Positions 22,720-37,182 of a DNA stretch of 64,000 nt are shown here, in pieces. The DNA comes from Octopus sinensis. Taxonomy: Eukaryota. How positions within the stretch are numbered: the first letter of the stretch is position 1; each line of letters begins with the position of its first letter. A model generated the notes under the pieces. It did not search any database and was not told where the DNA came from. It worked only from the letters and a program-made list of their open reading frames with translations. The stretch lies in NCBI RefSeq assembly GCF_006345805.1, contig NC_042997.1:102672001-102736000 (forward strand). The letters run 5' to 3'. The position numbers were made by a program, and so were the translations under genes.

Positions 22720-24480
22720 ACTGAAATAATAGATGTCTGGAAAAAGGTCATAGGAAGAAAGTTACTGTAAAAGTCACAATCTTAATAAATACAGTCACTG
22801 GAAAAATGTCACATCTTACTTAAATACTATAAACAAAATTTTAAAACAGAAAAATATTCGAAATCAGTTTACTGACTGTACATGACTTGCATTCAATTTA
22901 TATATGATGGCTTTATATATATATATTTAAAAATAGAAATTTTTAAACAATTTCTTAATCAAAAGACAATGAAACAAAATTTAAACCAATCATTTATTGA
23001 CAATGTATGACATGTACAGACTGAAACATCTTATACAGTATAGTGACGTTACATATGTATTCACTTTTCGTTATGTTACGAGGGACGTTCAATAAGTAAT
23101 GCTCCCGACCCACTTGAAATTGTTTGATCTAGCTGTACAATTATTTATATCTCTATAGATTAACTAGCAAGTTACAGCTCTGAACTAATTGTGGTTTCTG
23201 ATTTACAGGTGTTTGAACTGAGTCAAGTGTGAAATGGAGCCTGTTGAGTGTCGAGCAGTGATCTGGTTTTTGTATTTGAAAGGACGCACACCACGGGAGA
23301 CTTTTGATGAAATGAAAGTAACTTATGGTGATGATGCCCCATCATATGACCTTGTAAAACACTGGCATCGTGAATTCAAACATGATCGGAACTCTGTGGA
23401 AACAGCTCCCAGATCTGGTCGCCACCTGCCATTGATGAGGCATCTGTCCGTCAAGTTGAGTCTGCCATTTTGGAAGATCGCCGCATAATTATTCGCCAAA
23501 TAGCCCATTAGGTCAAGATTAGTACCGGGTCTGTGGAAACTATCATTCATGACCCTTTGCATATGCAAAAGGTGTCTGCCAGATGGATTCCCAGGTTGCT
23601 CACACCTTTCCAGAAGCAAGAACGCGTCGAGTGCTCGAGGATGAATTTGGAGATGTGCCAAGAAGATGAGTCAAAATGTTTCAAAAGACTGATTACACAG
23701 AATGAAACCTGGGTCCATCACTATGATCCAGAGACCAAAGCCCAGTCAATGCAGTGGAAACACCGTGACTCACCTCCTCCAAAGAAGGCAAGGGTGCAAC
23801 CCTCCGCTGGCAAGGTCATGCTCACAGTCTTCTGGGACCAGGACGGAGTAGTGATGACAGATTTCCTGGCAAAGGGTACCACAATTACAGGAGCCTATTA
23901 TGCTTCACTTTTGAGGAAATTAAGAGAAGCTATCAAAATCAAGAGGCGGAGCAAGATCAGCAAAGGCATCCTCCTCCTGCAAGACAACGCTCCGGTCCAC
24001 AACTCGCGTGTCGCCAGATCAGAAGCACAGGCGTGCGGCTATGAACTCCTCCCCCATCCCCCTACTCTCCTGACCTTGCACCCTCTGATTTTCACCTCTT
24101 CCCAGCCATGAAGTTGTTTTTGAAAGGAAAGCGTTTCCCAGATGATGTAGCCTTGATTTCTGAAGTCACGTCGTGGTTGGAGGACCAAGCTGGGGTCTTC
24201 TACAAAAACGGTCTCCAGAGCTGCATCAAACGATGGAAGAAATGCGTAACTGGGTGGTTCCTATGTAGAAAAAGACTAATAACTGTGCCAAGTTTCGTTG
24301 CTCTACGGCTATGGGAAGTGGGTCAGGGGCATTACTTATTGAGCGCCCCTCGTAACTAGACAAATGTTCCAGCCGACGCTATCAAGAAACTCTATCACAA
24401 TGACTTTTTTCCTGTGATTTTTTTATTCTGTAACTTTTTACCACTGGCTTTCCTGTGACTTTTTTTTTTTCACCTGGATT
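22720..24480. mobile_element. Old foldback/MITE with AAAAGTCACAGG-type subrepeats, interrupted by the mariner
   Basis: AAAAAGGTCATAGG/AAAAGTCAC motifs at 22740-22830 and their reverse complements at 24400-24470. Confidence 0.45.
23079..24352 (+). mobile_element. Full-length mariner (irritans/Hsmar2-like TIRs, DD34D), pseudogenised
   Basis: TA-CGAGGGACGTTCAATAAGTAATGC ... GCATTACTTATTGAGCGCCCCTCG-TA. WIPRLL, ITQNETW (catalytic D>N), QDNAPVH and a frameshifted YSPDLAPSDF. Confidence 0.95.
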
Positions 24481-25114
24481 CAAATAATCAAACCCACCTT
24501 TCCATTACATAAATTTATGGTCACAGGAAGTTGTTATTACAAACATAGATCAGGAAATAAAAACTATTGCATCAATGAACGAAATAATTATGGCATAGAT
24601 TTTTATTTAATCTTCTTTGGTGTTTCCGACACGTGTCCAACGTTATGCTGAAAAAACCTGAAGTTACGAAGGAGCTTCTTTCAAGTTAACATGACAACAG
24701 AATAGTGTTAACAAATTTCCCATTTGTACTTAGAACGATAATCACACAAGCGTTACTAAATCATAGGATGATATATAACGCAATAACATTAAAATAGCCA
24801 CGGGTGGAACGCTAATCAATAGATTATATTTATCTAATTTTGTATCATTGGTATACTCGAAGGAATTAAAGCCTATACGCTTATCAATTTGCTTACCGTC
24901 TATTTGCTTATCAATAGCATAAAGTACTTGATAAATAGTGTAGCTAAGGTATTTTGAAGTGCAGACTCCAGTTGCTCTCAGCACAAGCGAACATATAAAT
25001 GCTAGTAGCAAATTCATGGTAATGTTGGATGGGTATCACAGTGTATAGATTTTACCTCTCATTCTCTCTCTCTCTATATATATTTATATATATGTATATA
25101 TGTATGTGTGTGTA

Positions 25115-25332
<218 letters not shown>

Positions 25333-25379
25333 TGTGTTTGTGTATATTTAAACACATACGTATGTAATTTAATGCAAGA

Positions 25380-26190
25380 AAATTCCAAGTTCTCCGCTAT
25401 CAGCCAGCTTGCGCTAATATGCCGTAACAAAGATACTTTGGAGCAAAAGAACTGGCATATCCCAGAGTAATTTTGAGATCGTTATGAGCAACACCGCTTC
25501 GTTTCATGTACATATCACTAAGGTGGGAGTCAATGTGCAGGCAAATGGCCGCATTGATTTTGAGAACTTTCAGAACAAGGCACCAGGAAAATGTGCTGGT
25601 CCTATTGAGCACATGTTCTCAGCCGTCTGGATTACGGCTCTCAAGTAGGGTCACCTCACAGTGCTAAATTAATAGCGGAACTTGAAGCACTTCACCGATG
25701 CTACACCAGGAAGAGTGCATCAATGGAATAGTTGAGCTACTGGGAAAGACTGAAAGAATTACGACCCTAACTCCCTGGAGCGAAGACAGGAGAGATATGT
25801 GCTGATATACATATAGAAGTTCCTAGAGGGCTTGGCATCAAACTTTGGCATCGAAATATATACCCACCCCGAAACAGGAGGTCACTGTACTGTTCCAAAG
25901 GTCCCACTCATCCCGTCTACAATGTGGACCAGGTACTGCAATAGCGTACGATTCAAAAGCTTACAACTATTTAAATCTGACAGGTCTACATGGAGTGGGG
26001 GTAGATGTTTTCAAGGAGTAACTTGACTTTCTGCTGTCTAAAGTCCCAGATGAACCAACAAAGGAGAACAACAGTATCAAAGTTTCGCCTTCACCAACAG
26101 CCAATCACAAGAGAATGGTGGCAACAAGTTGAAAAGGTGATGATACAGGCAGTGCCCCAGCATGGCCACAACCTCCTGTATAAAAGAATA
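25380..26190 (+). pseudogene. Decayed CR1-like LINE 3' fragment
   Basis: Remnants SYWERLKELRP.SLERRQERY; ends in GCAGTGCCCCAGCATGGCCAC. Confidence 0.75.
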
Positions 26191-26302
26191 AGTTCGGTTT
26201 CTTTCAATAACTAGAGGTGGGTCAGGGGAAATATTAAATGAACGCCTCTCGTATATGTATATATATATATATATATTATATATATATATATATATAATAT
26301 AT

Positions 26303-26336
<34 letters not shown>

Positions 26337-26654
26337 CACACAATAAAATGAGACAACAAGACCAAGGCAGTGTGGAATTTCTAGGACATTTATATATATA
26401 TATATTATACACGTGGAGGTGCAATGGCCCAGTGGTTAGGACAGTGGACTCGCGGTTGTAGGATCGCGGTTTCGATCCCCAGACCGGGCATTGTGAGTGT
26501 TCATTGTGAGTGTTTTTTTCAAAGGCCTCCCCCGAGAACTACGTTAAGGGTACACGTGTCTGTGGAGTGCTCGGCTACTTGCACGTTAATTTCACAAGCA
26601 GGCTGTTCCGTTGATCGGATCAATTGGAAACCTCGTCGTTGTATATATATATAC

Positions 26655-26950
26655 TTTTATTCTTTCTAGTCGAACAAATCGAACACAGGACTTATTTTTT
26701 TTAAGCCTAGTACTTATCCTATCGGTATCTTTTATCGAGCCGCTAAGTTACAGGGATGTAAACATCGGTTGTCAAGCGATGATGGGGGACAAACACAGAC
26801 ACTCACATACGACGGGCTTCTTTCAGTTTCCGCCTACCAAATCCACTCACAAGGCTTTGGTCGTCCCGTGGCTATAGGAGAAGACAGTTGTCCAAGGTGT
26901 CCCGCAGTGGTTGGAAAGTAAGTTTCTTATCACACAGCCACTCCTGTGCC
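26655..26950 (-). mobile_element. CORE-type SINE with internal microsatellite slot
   Basis: Reverse complement of the 29845-30265 family. Confidence 0.75.
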
Positions 26951-27871
26951 TATATGTACTAACTATAATTCTATATTATTTATATAATAACATATGCTTT
27001 ATTTAGAGCGACTAAACCTAAACAATTGACTGAAAAAGGATGAACCGAACTACTGGTAACTGAACACGACATCAATGCTTACATGACTCCGTACGCACTC
27101 AATTCCGCCACATAGCCCACCCGTCAATTTCACCCAATTTCAATGTATAGATAATTTTAGTATAGAATATATATTTTTATATATACTAGACTGAAATTAT
27201 CTATACATTAAAATTGGTTGAAATTGACGGGTGGGCTATGGAGAAGAGCGACATACATAGGTTCTTTTTAATAATAACTATAATTATATATTATCTATAT
27301 AATTATATATGCTCCATTTAGAGTGACCAAACTTAAACAATTGACTGAAGAAAGATGAGCCGAACCACTGGGAATTGAACACGACATCAACTACAGCTCA
27401 TACTATTTACTATCATACCATTACCATCACAAATAGGGTAAATGTGTGTGTAAAAGAATTAAATGTTCGTTCAGTATGCTAGTTCAGTATGTTAGTTCAG
27501 TGTTCAGTCTCTCTTTCTCCCACACCCACTCTTTCTCTCTCTCTTATTATTACTCCCACTGCCACCATCAACACTACTATTTTTAATAAAACATCATCAA
27601 CTCTCCCTAAATTTCTTTGTCTCTCTTTCTCCCACTCTCTTTTTCTTTCTCTCTCTCTGTTTGTTTTCACCACCACCCTCACCGTCTCTATGCCTACTAT
27701 TACTCTCACCCCAACATAAGCAATAGTAGAAGTGTCATTGAATTGTGAGAGAGGAGGAGTCAAAGTGTGACACTGAAATTAGTTTTCGCATTTACTATGT
27801 TAGATAAAGCATATATGTTTCTATACATACATACATGCATGCATGCATACATACATACATACATACATACA

Positions 27872-27903
<32 letters not shown>

Positions 27904-27965
27904 CATAAACACACAATCGACGATTACACAGTTATGACAGTTTGCTAAAGTACATAAGTTCTTAC

Positions 27966-28135
27966 TGCAAGTGTTGGAGTGACAGCACTCGTTCCTTTGC
28001 CACCTAATCCATGGTAACGTAAATCCAGTTTGTTATCTTCCATGTGACGCAAGAAGTAGCTAATGGGTGTCGCACCAAGTCTCTTACAGCGAGTAATATA
28101 GGCCGAACGTCCTGAATGGTCATATGGTGGTTTAA
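27966..28135 (-). CDS. LRRC74: LRRC74-like exon 3 (KPPYDHSGRSAYITRCKRLGATPISYFLRHMEDNKLDLRYHGLGGKGTSAVTPTLA)
   Basis: ATTATAG acceptor, GTAAG donor, 170 nt, phase 1 to 0. The YxxxCxxxGxxP..FLR..LxLxxHGLG pattern is typical of LRRC74 proteins (from memory). Confidence 0.88.
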
Positions 28136-28149
28136 CTATAATGGTTCAA

Positions 28150-28181
<32 letters not shown>

Positions 28182-28379
28182 ATTGTGGTTATTTACGTAT
28201 TAAGGGAATTTAAATCAATAAAATAATCACTACCAACATACAGTTTCTGAACTAAACTATATCAAGAATGTCTTTTAACATGTGCTAATTAATAATTGAA
28301 ATGCTATCCTGGCCGCAAAATGTTCGTGAAAATTATTTTATAACTGAATTCTTGTACATTAAAAATAGTCAAGCAATCA

Positions 28380-29600
28380 GTATAACTGGGGTTTTTTCTA
28401 TTAGTTAGGTCTGGAGTAAATGAGAATGCCCAAGTTTTTTTCCAGGTTCTTCGAGGCAACTGAGATCGATGCCGGTTGAACCATTGCAAGTGGTCGGCTG
28501 CGGGAGACAACACGAGTGAAATAATAAGAGACGAGTGAAATAGGAGTGCTTGAATGAGAGTGGCATGCAACTAACTACCTCTGAGAAGTGGCCACTGCAG
28601 AGGCGGTAGAAAAGACTAAGAGAGGACGCAGCACGTTTGTTAACCATATAGTGAAGAGTGTTTGTAAACGACTTCATGTCAGCCGGTCAAGTGATGGAGT
28701 CTAGGGTGTCTGTGTGTAGTAGCTGTACTGTCCTAGATAGAGCAGTGCTCTATTGTAGGTTTTATAAAGAGTTCATACTTGATGGGTGAAGGTTTGGAAA
28801 TTTTCTGGCTGTGATTAGAATAACCAGTCTTTGAAACATAGTCTTTACTATGCCGGAGGTGTATGCTCGCCATAAAATATCCTCAGTGATGGCGAGGATC
28901 TCTCACTTAAAACGACAGTGTAAGATTAGTCACGTACTCATCACGATTCGAGGCAGATGGGGGTTATTTGATATGTATTCTCAGTGTACGCTGTGATTGT
29001 ATCTTTCTTTCCTTGTTAAAGGAGACAAGATTTGTTATGATCCCACTGGAGGAGGTTTTCTTGGAGACTGTAAATTTGCCACGCGTGGATGACATTTGGG
29101 TGCAGAAGGTTAGGGAGGAATGAAGGGATGTATCATCTGCGTAGGAGTGGTTGTTGTTGGAGATGATGGCGAATAGGTCATTTATGTATAGGTGGAAGTG
29201 TGTGGGTGATAAAACCGAGCCTTGGGTACACTGAAATTCATCACCATTTTGCGATCTCTGGAAGCCACCAATCAAAGAGACGAAAGACGGATGGAGCTCA
29301 AAGGCAGGTAGCGGTGTGTATTTGATACTGTCTAAAGTTTCGTTGGTGTCGGAGCAAAAATATTTTCCATAACATTTCTCTTGAGCAAGGGCTCAGTGGT
29401 GAGTGACATATAAATGTAGGTCTCCAGTAGATTTAACTTAATGAAAGCCATGTTCCTGGTCATCAAAGATGGAGTGAGGTGTTGATAACAGACTCATTCG
29501 GGAGCGACGGTTTGCAGTTTCCGGATTTAAAGTAGATGAAGCAGAAGAAGGTAAGAGTTGTAGAGTTCGTTTCTTGATCAAACATCGGTGAGCAGGTTGC
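28380..29600 (-). pseudogene. Decayed non-LTR retrotransposon RT fragment
   Basis: QGSVLSPTHFHLYINDL, HSYADDTSL and SLSLFYRL; many stops. Confidence 0.7.
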
Positions 29601-29844
29601 ACTAATTTATTTCGAGTCTTTTGTTAATTATAGGGTTGACCCAAGGAGGTTAGAAACATTGAAACAAAGATTCTACTGAGTAGTATCTTAATAGATAATT
29701 ATATTTCAGACACTAAGCAATATAAGCGAAGGTTCATCAGGTTACTTCACTCTTGTTTAGTCCTAGATCAACTCTGATCGAAACCTATGGCCAAAAATAT
29801 TCCACCTGTGACCACCCAGTTTATTTTTGAAATAAGACTACATA

Positions 29845-30006
29845 GGCGCAGGAGTGGCTGTGTGGTAAGTAGCTTGTTTACCAACCACATGGTTCCGGGT
29901 TCAGTCTCACTGCGTGGCACCTTGGGCAAGTGTCTTCTACTATAGCCTCGGGCCGACCAAAGCCTTGTGAGTGGATTTGGTAGACGGAAACTGAAAGAAG
30001 CCCGTC

Positions 30007-30041
<35 letters not shown>

Positions 30042-30265
30042 TGTGTGGGTTTGTGTGTCTGTGTTTGTCCCCCTAGCATTGCTTGACAACCGATGCTGGT
30101 GTGTTTATGTCCCCGTTACTTAGCGGTTCGGCAAAAGAGACCGACAGAATAAGTACTGGGCTTACAAAAGAATAAGTCCCGGGGACGAGTTGCTCGATTA
30201 AAGGCGGGCCTCCAGCATGGCCGCAGTCAAATGACTGAAACAAGTAAAAGAGTAAAAGAGAAAAG
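29845..30265 (+). mobile_element. Complete tRNA-head CORE-type SINE with internal (TA)/(TG) microsatellite and (GTAAAAGA)n tail
   Basis: Head GGCTGTGTGGTAAG..GGTTCAGTC, core CACCTTGGGCAAGTG, tail CCAGCATGGCCGCAGTC..CTGAAAC. Other copies at 41285-41690+, 43625-44025-, 57195-57545-, 57858-58018+ and 61150-61510-. Confidence 0.85.
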
Positions 30266-31420
30266 AGTAAAGAGTATTATATTATGTGTTCTTTCCTTAT
30301 ATAAGTCGGGTTCACATTTGACAGATACAGTTTCTCTCTGAGACGTAACATAATTAGCAACTGCTCTTTACAATCAATGAAGCGATATTGCTTATATTTG
30401 CCACTGTAATCATGCTACCATAATTAATGCATTTTTACGATTGACGTTAAGTGTAGTTAGTTACGTTCTGAGTTCAAATCCCACCGATATAGATTTAATC
30501 AAAAGACCTTCAAAGGTCTATAAAATAAGTACCAGCTAAGTAACGGAGCCGACCCCATGTCAAAATAGAAAAAAAACAAAACAAAACATTATTGAATTAT
30601 CTGGATAGGGATTTCTAGCATTGGCCAAAAGTCATTCAGTTGGACACAGTCGATTATATCGAATCCGAATTTAACTGGTTTAATTTAATTTCATCGACAC
30701 CAGGAAGATGGAAGTCTAAATCATTCTCGGCTGAATTTGAACTCGGAATATAAAGAGCCGCAACGTAATACCACAAGACATTTTGTAAGTCACTTTACCA
30801 AATTTGCCAATTCAATACAGATACAACACTGATTTTCCAGGACCTTTGCTTCGAAGGCCTTTCCAGATTACTGATTTTTCCACACCAGGGTTGGTCACCT
30901 TGGTCAGCACACTCGCATTTAAAAATATTAAATTTACTTAAATAATTAAATGAAATACAGGTATCTGTATATTAATGTAAATTAGAGCGGATTTTAAGAG
31001 ATCCCTGACATTTAGTCTCTAGAAGGTTGTGCTTGCATTAACATATGTTACGCCCATTTACTATATATTAATTATTATTGATCCTATGCAATATATTGAT
31101 TTTATATTTGATTTCAAATTTTGGCACAAGGCCAACAATTTCGGGGAAGGGAGAAAGTCGATTAGATCGACCTCAGTGCTCAATTGGTACTTATTTTATG
31201 GACTCCAACAGGATGAAAGGCAAAGTCGACCTCGGCGGAATTTGAACTCAGAAGGTGGACGAAATGCCGCAAAGCATTTCACCCGGCGTGATAACGTTTC
31301 TGCTAGCTTGCAGCCTTAGGCTGTATATTAATTATCAATGTTCTTAAGCAATATATTGTTACTGATCTCATTTTCTTGTTCCTGCAATAAGCAACATGAA
31401 GAGAAATGAACAGAAATATA

Positions 31421-32310
31421 TTTGGCCATCCCATAAATAATGTTTTTTTTAATACTTTTATTTTTCAAAATTAAGATAGACAAAGTTCTTTTTTTAATAT
31501 AAAATATACTCTCCATTTTTTACAATGCTCTTCCATCAATCTGGTAGACTTGCAAGACCCCCTCCTAAAAATCACCTTGTCCGTGACAAAAAATACTCCT
31601 CTAGTACTTTTCTGACCTCGTCTACAGAATTCATATTTTCCCGTCCAAATGATTTTGAAAACTGTGGAATAAATGATAATCAGATGGAGCAATGTCCGGC
31701 GAATATGATGGGTGGGGCATCGTTGCCCATTCAAACTTCTCCAGCCTTTGGAATGTCATCCTCGCTGTATGTGGCCGAGCATTATCCTGATGGAAGAACA
31801 CCTTTCATCGTTTTTCTTCTAGCGCTAACTTGAAAGACTGGTTGAATGGCCAAATCCAAGCTTCTCTGCTAGTTTCTCCATAGGATTTTGTTCAATCAGG
31901 GTTTGCAGGACGTCCTCGTCGAGCTCTACAGATCTTCTAGGACGAAGATCGTCTTCTAGGCCGTAGTTTCAGGCTCGGAATTTCTAGAACCACCGTTGAC
32001 ACTAACTTACGCTTATTGTCCGATTCCCATATACTGCATTAATATTCCTTGCGCTTTCCGTTGCATTGTTGCCTTTATTGAACTCATAAAGCAAAATATA
32101 TCAAATATGTTCCTTTATAACTTCTATTATAGCTTTGGAAAAATAACTGTTAAAATCGAACTGCACTCTTCAAAACTTGCACTAAGAATAAAGACAAGGT
32201 AAAATGACTACCTGCATTTATAGCAAGCTGATGCAGGTAGTTTATCTTGACCCCCTCCGACTTTTAGTTCATGCAATTGAAAAAACCGCATTATTTATGG
32301 GATGACTCAA
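31421..32310 (-). mobile_element. Internally deleted mariner (DD34D)
   Basis: TA-flanked TIRs (TTTGGC/TTGAGT)CATCCCATAAATAATG. Minus-strand HQDNARPH and YSPDIAPSDYHLF. A 5' fragment of the same family lies at ~63680-63930. Confidence 0.85.
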
Positions 32311-33463
32311 TATATTAATTCCCGTCTGGATGGTTGGTATGGAAATTAATTAGTGGAACTTGTGCATGAATACAATGTTGTAAGTGGACCTATATAATTG
32401 TTCTATTACTGAAATTCTTTAAAGAACGCAATTAAATTTGATTGATAAGATACTGAATTAATTTAAAGCTGTATGTTTGCTGATATATGGAAGACTGCAA
32501 AATGGCAAAATCGTGCGTGTCGGATATAATGAGATGCCTTGAGGTATTCGTTTTGATTCTCTATTCTTTGAGGTCAAATTCCGCCAAGGTCAACACGTTG
32601 GGAACTATAAATATAATACAGTTCAGTACTAGGGGCGATTCGTCTCTTTCTCTTTGGATTGTATTTGCAATTCAAGTGTCCAGCCTCGTCATATGTTATC
32701 ATGTTGATTCGACCTGAGAATTTTGGTAAGGGTACACATGTCTATGGAATATTCAGCCGCTTACATGTTAAATTCATGTTATTTAACATCATCCTTCAGT
32801 GTGGTTGAACAACCAATCCCAAATAATCGGGATTCACAGAACAGGTTGTACTATTCATCCTTTTAATCACTGAATACAAAACGTGTCCCATGAGACCTCT
32901 CTTCGGGTGATTTACTCGAGTCACTATCTCGAGTAACGCCAGTCCGCCAAAAGGTTTCACATTTACAGCTAAGTATATATAGCAACGTGAAATGAAGTTG
33001 TTCAAGAAAACAACGCACAACTGGTCTGGGAATCGAAACCATGATCTCGCGATCGTGTGTGCAACACCCTAACCATTAGGCCAAGCGCCTCCACACATTA
33101 TTGGATGGCTGTTGACTCTCATGAGTTCTTCCGTCCTTTAACAGTTTTTGTTTTTTGTCTCGCAAGATGTTTATTTAATGATCCACCTCACCAAGCAACA
33201 TGTACTGGGTTACATGTTACCAGTAGCGCTCGGGAACTATCTAACAATTGAATGCTCATCATCGAAACCAGTGGAGGGCTATTATGACCCTGGAAAACGT
33301 TTGATATATAGTTCGAAGGATAATTTCTTTCAGTTCATTAGCATTTTATTATTTATTTTGTAATCCTTAAAATGACTTTTTGATAAAACCAGATTGTTTT
33401 AGAGACTTCAAGTTCTAAGAATTACAGTTTTTAAATAACAAATAAAAATGCAAAAAATCTTAC

Positions 33464-33659
33464 TTTCAGAGTTTAAGTCAGTATCCCACAATGCATCATC
33501 AAAAATATCCAAACCAAGAACATCGCTCTCCGATGTTAATTCTTTCACGTGATCAGAACCACTTTCACTTTCTGATTCCCCGGGTTTCTTTGAAGACATG
33601 CTTTGTTCCGAAGTTAAATTTGCTAATCGTGTCTTTCTCACACCAATTCTACTTAGGGG
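33464..33659 (-). CDS. LRRC74: LRRC74-like exon 2 (PLSRIGVRK...ALWDTDLNSE)
   Basis: Polypyrimidine TTTTCTTCAG acceptor, GTAAG donor, 196 nt, phase 0 to 1. Acidic WDTDL motif precedes the LRR region. Confidence 0.8.
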
Positions 33660-36248
33660 CTGAAGAAAACAAAAACAAAAAAACGCAAACATTAAGTTAT
33701 AGATCTATGATATACATAAATAAACAACAAAACATTGAGAACGTCTGTCATGTTTATAAAAAATATGGAAGATATGGGTTCGAGTCCTACGGATACACTT
33801 CTGCCTTTTCTATGCAATGGGTTTTTAAACTGATACTTACACACTATAATCTATAGTTTTTCCTACATCGAATTCAACCGTTAAAAAGTAAACAAAAGAA
33901 AAACCGAATTATTTCACGTTCACTAGAAGTGTCTAAATTCTTATGACGTCAATATGTAAATTTAGATTAAGGTAGCACGCCGAACAAAATGCTAAGTGGC
34001 TTTCGTCTGTCTTTACGTTCTGTGTTCAAATTCTGCCGAGGTCGACTTTGCCTTTCATCCTTCCGTGGTCGATAAAATAAGTACCAGTTGATCACTGGCA
34101 TTGATGTAATCGACTTAACCCTTTCCATGAAATCACTGGTCTTGTGCCAAAATTTTCAACCAATAGTTAATTTTGTAATAGTAATCGTTAATTAACCCCC
34201 AGACATTAAAACAATTAAACTGCAATTTTCTACAAATCATTAGAGAGTAGGAATATGCATATAGAAATATATCTGGACTAAATATCGAATTCTGTTCCTG
34301 TCAGGATTGTCTCAGTTTTCTTTTTCTTCGGACTACATAAAAGATATGTTAAGTAACTCAATTATTCTCCGATTCCTTTCAAGATAGCCATGAAAAATAA
34401 AGAGATAATGAGGGACACAGATAGTTATTTATAAACCTCAATTAAGTAATTGATTGAAAGATAAGTCGGTTTCTAATAACAATATATTAATATTGATTTC
34501 TAACATAGACGTAAGACCAAACCATTTTGGTGGAAACATATCGTCGATTATATAAAATCGCAGGAATTGATAGATCCTTATTATATCAGCTTTTGGAAGA
34601 TGAAAAGCAAAGATGACAGCAGTTAGAATTGAAATCAGGATGTAAAGACCCTTAGCAAAACACCACAAATCTTTTTCCCCAAATCAAACCGTTTCTCCCA
34701 TATATAGTATATTGAATTTTTGTAATATAGAACTTATCTAGAGAGAAGTGTTGTCGATTATACAGACTCCAGTACTTGTATGATAGTTATTTTATTAACT
34801 CCGGAAGGATGAAAGGCAAAATTGATCTGGGCAACATTTTAATTCTGTGCGCTTAACATCAGCAGATTTGGAAGTAAGAGATGAAATTAATTTATAATAG
34901 AAAGATAAGTTGGGAGGTTTGTATAATTTGATTAAAATAATCTTTTCGACTTAGATTGCAGGACTTATACTTAACTCTGGTTTTTATAGAATTAAATGAA
35001 TGACGGATAACTCAGGATACCAGGATTCGGAGACAAGTAGGATCAAATTTACATCACTCAAAGACGCGGGAGTTTCTCTTCTACAGTCTCCACCATCTGA
35101 AGTATCAAAGTTATTGAAGGATCACTCTATTCATTTAAGTAGGAGATTTGTTTTTACATAGAAAATGTTGATAGTGACCTCGTAGTTTCGTCGGTCTTGA
35201 GTTTGTCAGACCCTCTGAAGGAGCCTCAATCTGCGAAACATTGAGGTCGCTATCATCATTTCCTCCATACGTATGTATGTATGATATATATGGGGTTGTA
35301 TATATATGTTATCTTAACAGTATATGGTAACACTTAAAAGTAAAAAAAACTATCAAGAATCACTCCTTCGATAACCCTAAAAAAAATCACAAAAAATATA
35401 CTGACACCATTATTTTCTTTACTTATTAATGTTTTGTTGGTTTCCTGTAACATATCTTTGACTTTATGCCCTACTGAACACGTTATTTTCACAAAAGCCA
35501 GTATAGATTATACTGTTTTATTAGCAAAAAACTTGCTAAACTTTATTGCTATTTTAGGAAAACCAAGATATTTATCGAATATTGTACATTTCAAGTGAAA
35601 AAATAAACTAAAAAACAAAAACAAAGCCAAATAACATTATTGCTCTAGTTCATTATAACTATTCTATTTTAAGAAAATTCTGAAATTTGCTTGCTTTGTT
35701 TTGTTATATTGTTCATATAATTTTGTTTGTAACGTAGATGATACAACGAAAAAGATAACTTTGTTAAAACACTCACGAGAAATTTGCTTACCTTGTTACA
35801 AGTTCTCCTTGTAGTCAAAACTATTATTTGCAATCTACTATGTTACCAAATGCAATTATATTGTAATGTTTCCAGAGAGATAATACGAAATAAAATTCTC
35901 CGGAAAAACTGAATCCTGATATAAGGAGGTTTTAATATTTCATATCGCTCGTCTAGCTTGAATATGCGTCATCAATACGCTTTGTCTGAAATGCGTATAG
36001 CGGTAGGAAGTAGCTCAATTTTCCCCCACGAAACAATAACAACAATGTAGTTATTTATACACGAGCAATTGGCTTGTTGGTTAGATGTGTTTCGAAGAAG
36101 GAAAAATAAATCCATCAATATGTTTCAATGAGAATGTTGGCTGAAGCATAATTTATTGGCCATATTTGACAATTACGACCCGATTAAGCAGAAAGACGGT
36201 AGGTTGTTGCTACAACTCTAGATGATGATGATGGTGAAGATGATGATG

Positions 36249-36321
<73 letters not shown>

Positions 36322-36954
36322 TAATAATAAGAATAATAATAGTAGGATAGTTGTAACCTTATATAAGTAAGAAAGAATAACAACACATATCGATCAGTTC
36401 CAGCTCACGAATCAATAACGTTAATAAGACATTTATAGCCTACACGACATTATCCATTCTAAAAGCCTGTTGACATTTAAGAGGGAGGATGAAAAATCAA
36501 TTAAAACCACACATGCACAGTTGATTGTCGGTGTACATTAGGTCGTGATTTTGTTTATATTTCTACTTAATAATATTTATCTTAAGTGGCTTGTATTTTC
36601 ATTTGGCAGTTGTTTAAAATCATAACTTTTATAGATTGCTGTCATTAGGCATCATACAATCACAGTTAAAAATATATTTCCGATATGCATGTGCATGCAC
36701 GACCTCTCATACATGAAAGCCCGGAGAAAGACACACTTGAAACGTTAAACACGCTAAAATTTCAAAATCATTGTATTTCATGAATGTTGCTTTATAATAT
36801 CTGTCAGGAGAGAGAGGCAGTATTTCTGCAATGTGCCACCTATAGAGAAAATAGAGAGAAGACTGATTTGTCGGATCAGCAAGCTGTTTCATTGCACCCC
36901 ACCAAGATGGCTACGCTGCAAATCATGTTTATATATATATATACGCCATGATAG

Positions 36955-37140
36955 ATCGTTAGCCACTACACACATTTTTTTCTCTCCTTGTTTCTCTCCT
37001 TGTTTTTTTCTGTGTCCCTTTCTGAAGAAGAGCGTAGGCTCGAAACGTAAAGAACTTATTCGATTCTTGAGCGTTATACTAATACATCAGTTTGTTTTGT
37101 ACACCACCTGTCTTCGTCTTTTGTTCTTTTCGTAAACTCT

Positions 37141-37145
<5 letters not shown>
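36955..37145 (+). mobile_element. Family B element with canonical-core hammerhead motif at 37018-37052
   Basis: CUUU-CUGAAGA-A-GAGC GUAG GCUC-GAAA-CG-UA/AAG; short stem I. Confidence 0.72.

Positions 37146-37182
<37 letters not shown>

Noticed and set aside
32207-32241. Hairpin ACTACCTGCAT...ATGCAGGTAGT, repeated near 63828-63862
   Set aside because: It lies inside the 5' region of the mariner at 31421-32310 and its second copy, so it is not an independent conserved RNA.
35000-35161. 53-codon plus-strand ORF (MTDNSGYQDSE...)
   Set aside because: Short, no recognisable motif and no partner exons found.
35209-35248. CTGAAGGAGC...GCGAAACATTGAGG hammerhead-like string
   Set aside because: The core has an extra G, helix II has only 2 bp and the stem I register is inconsistent. 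Cannot be separated from chance.
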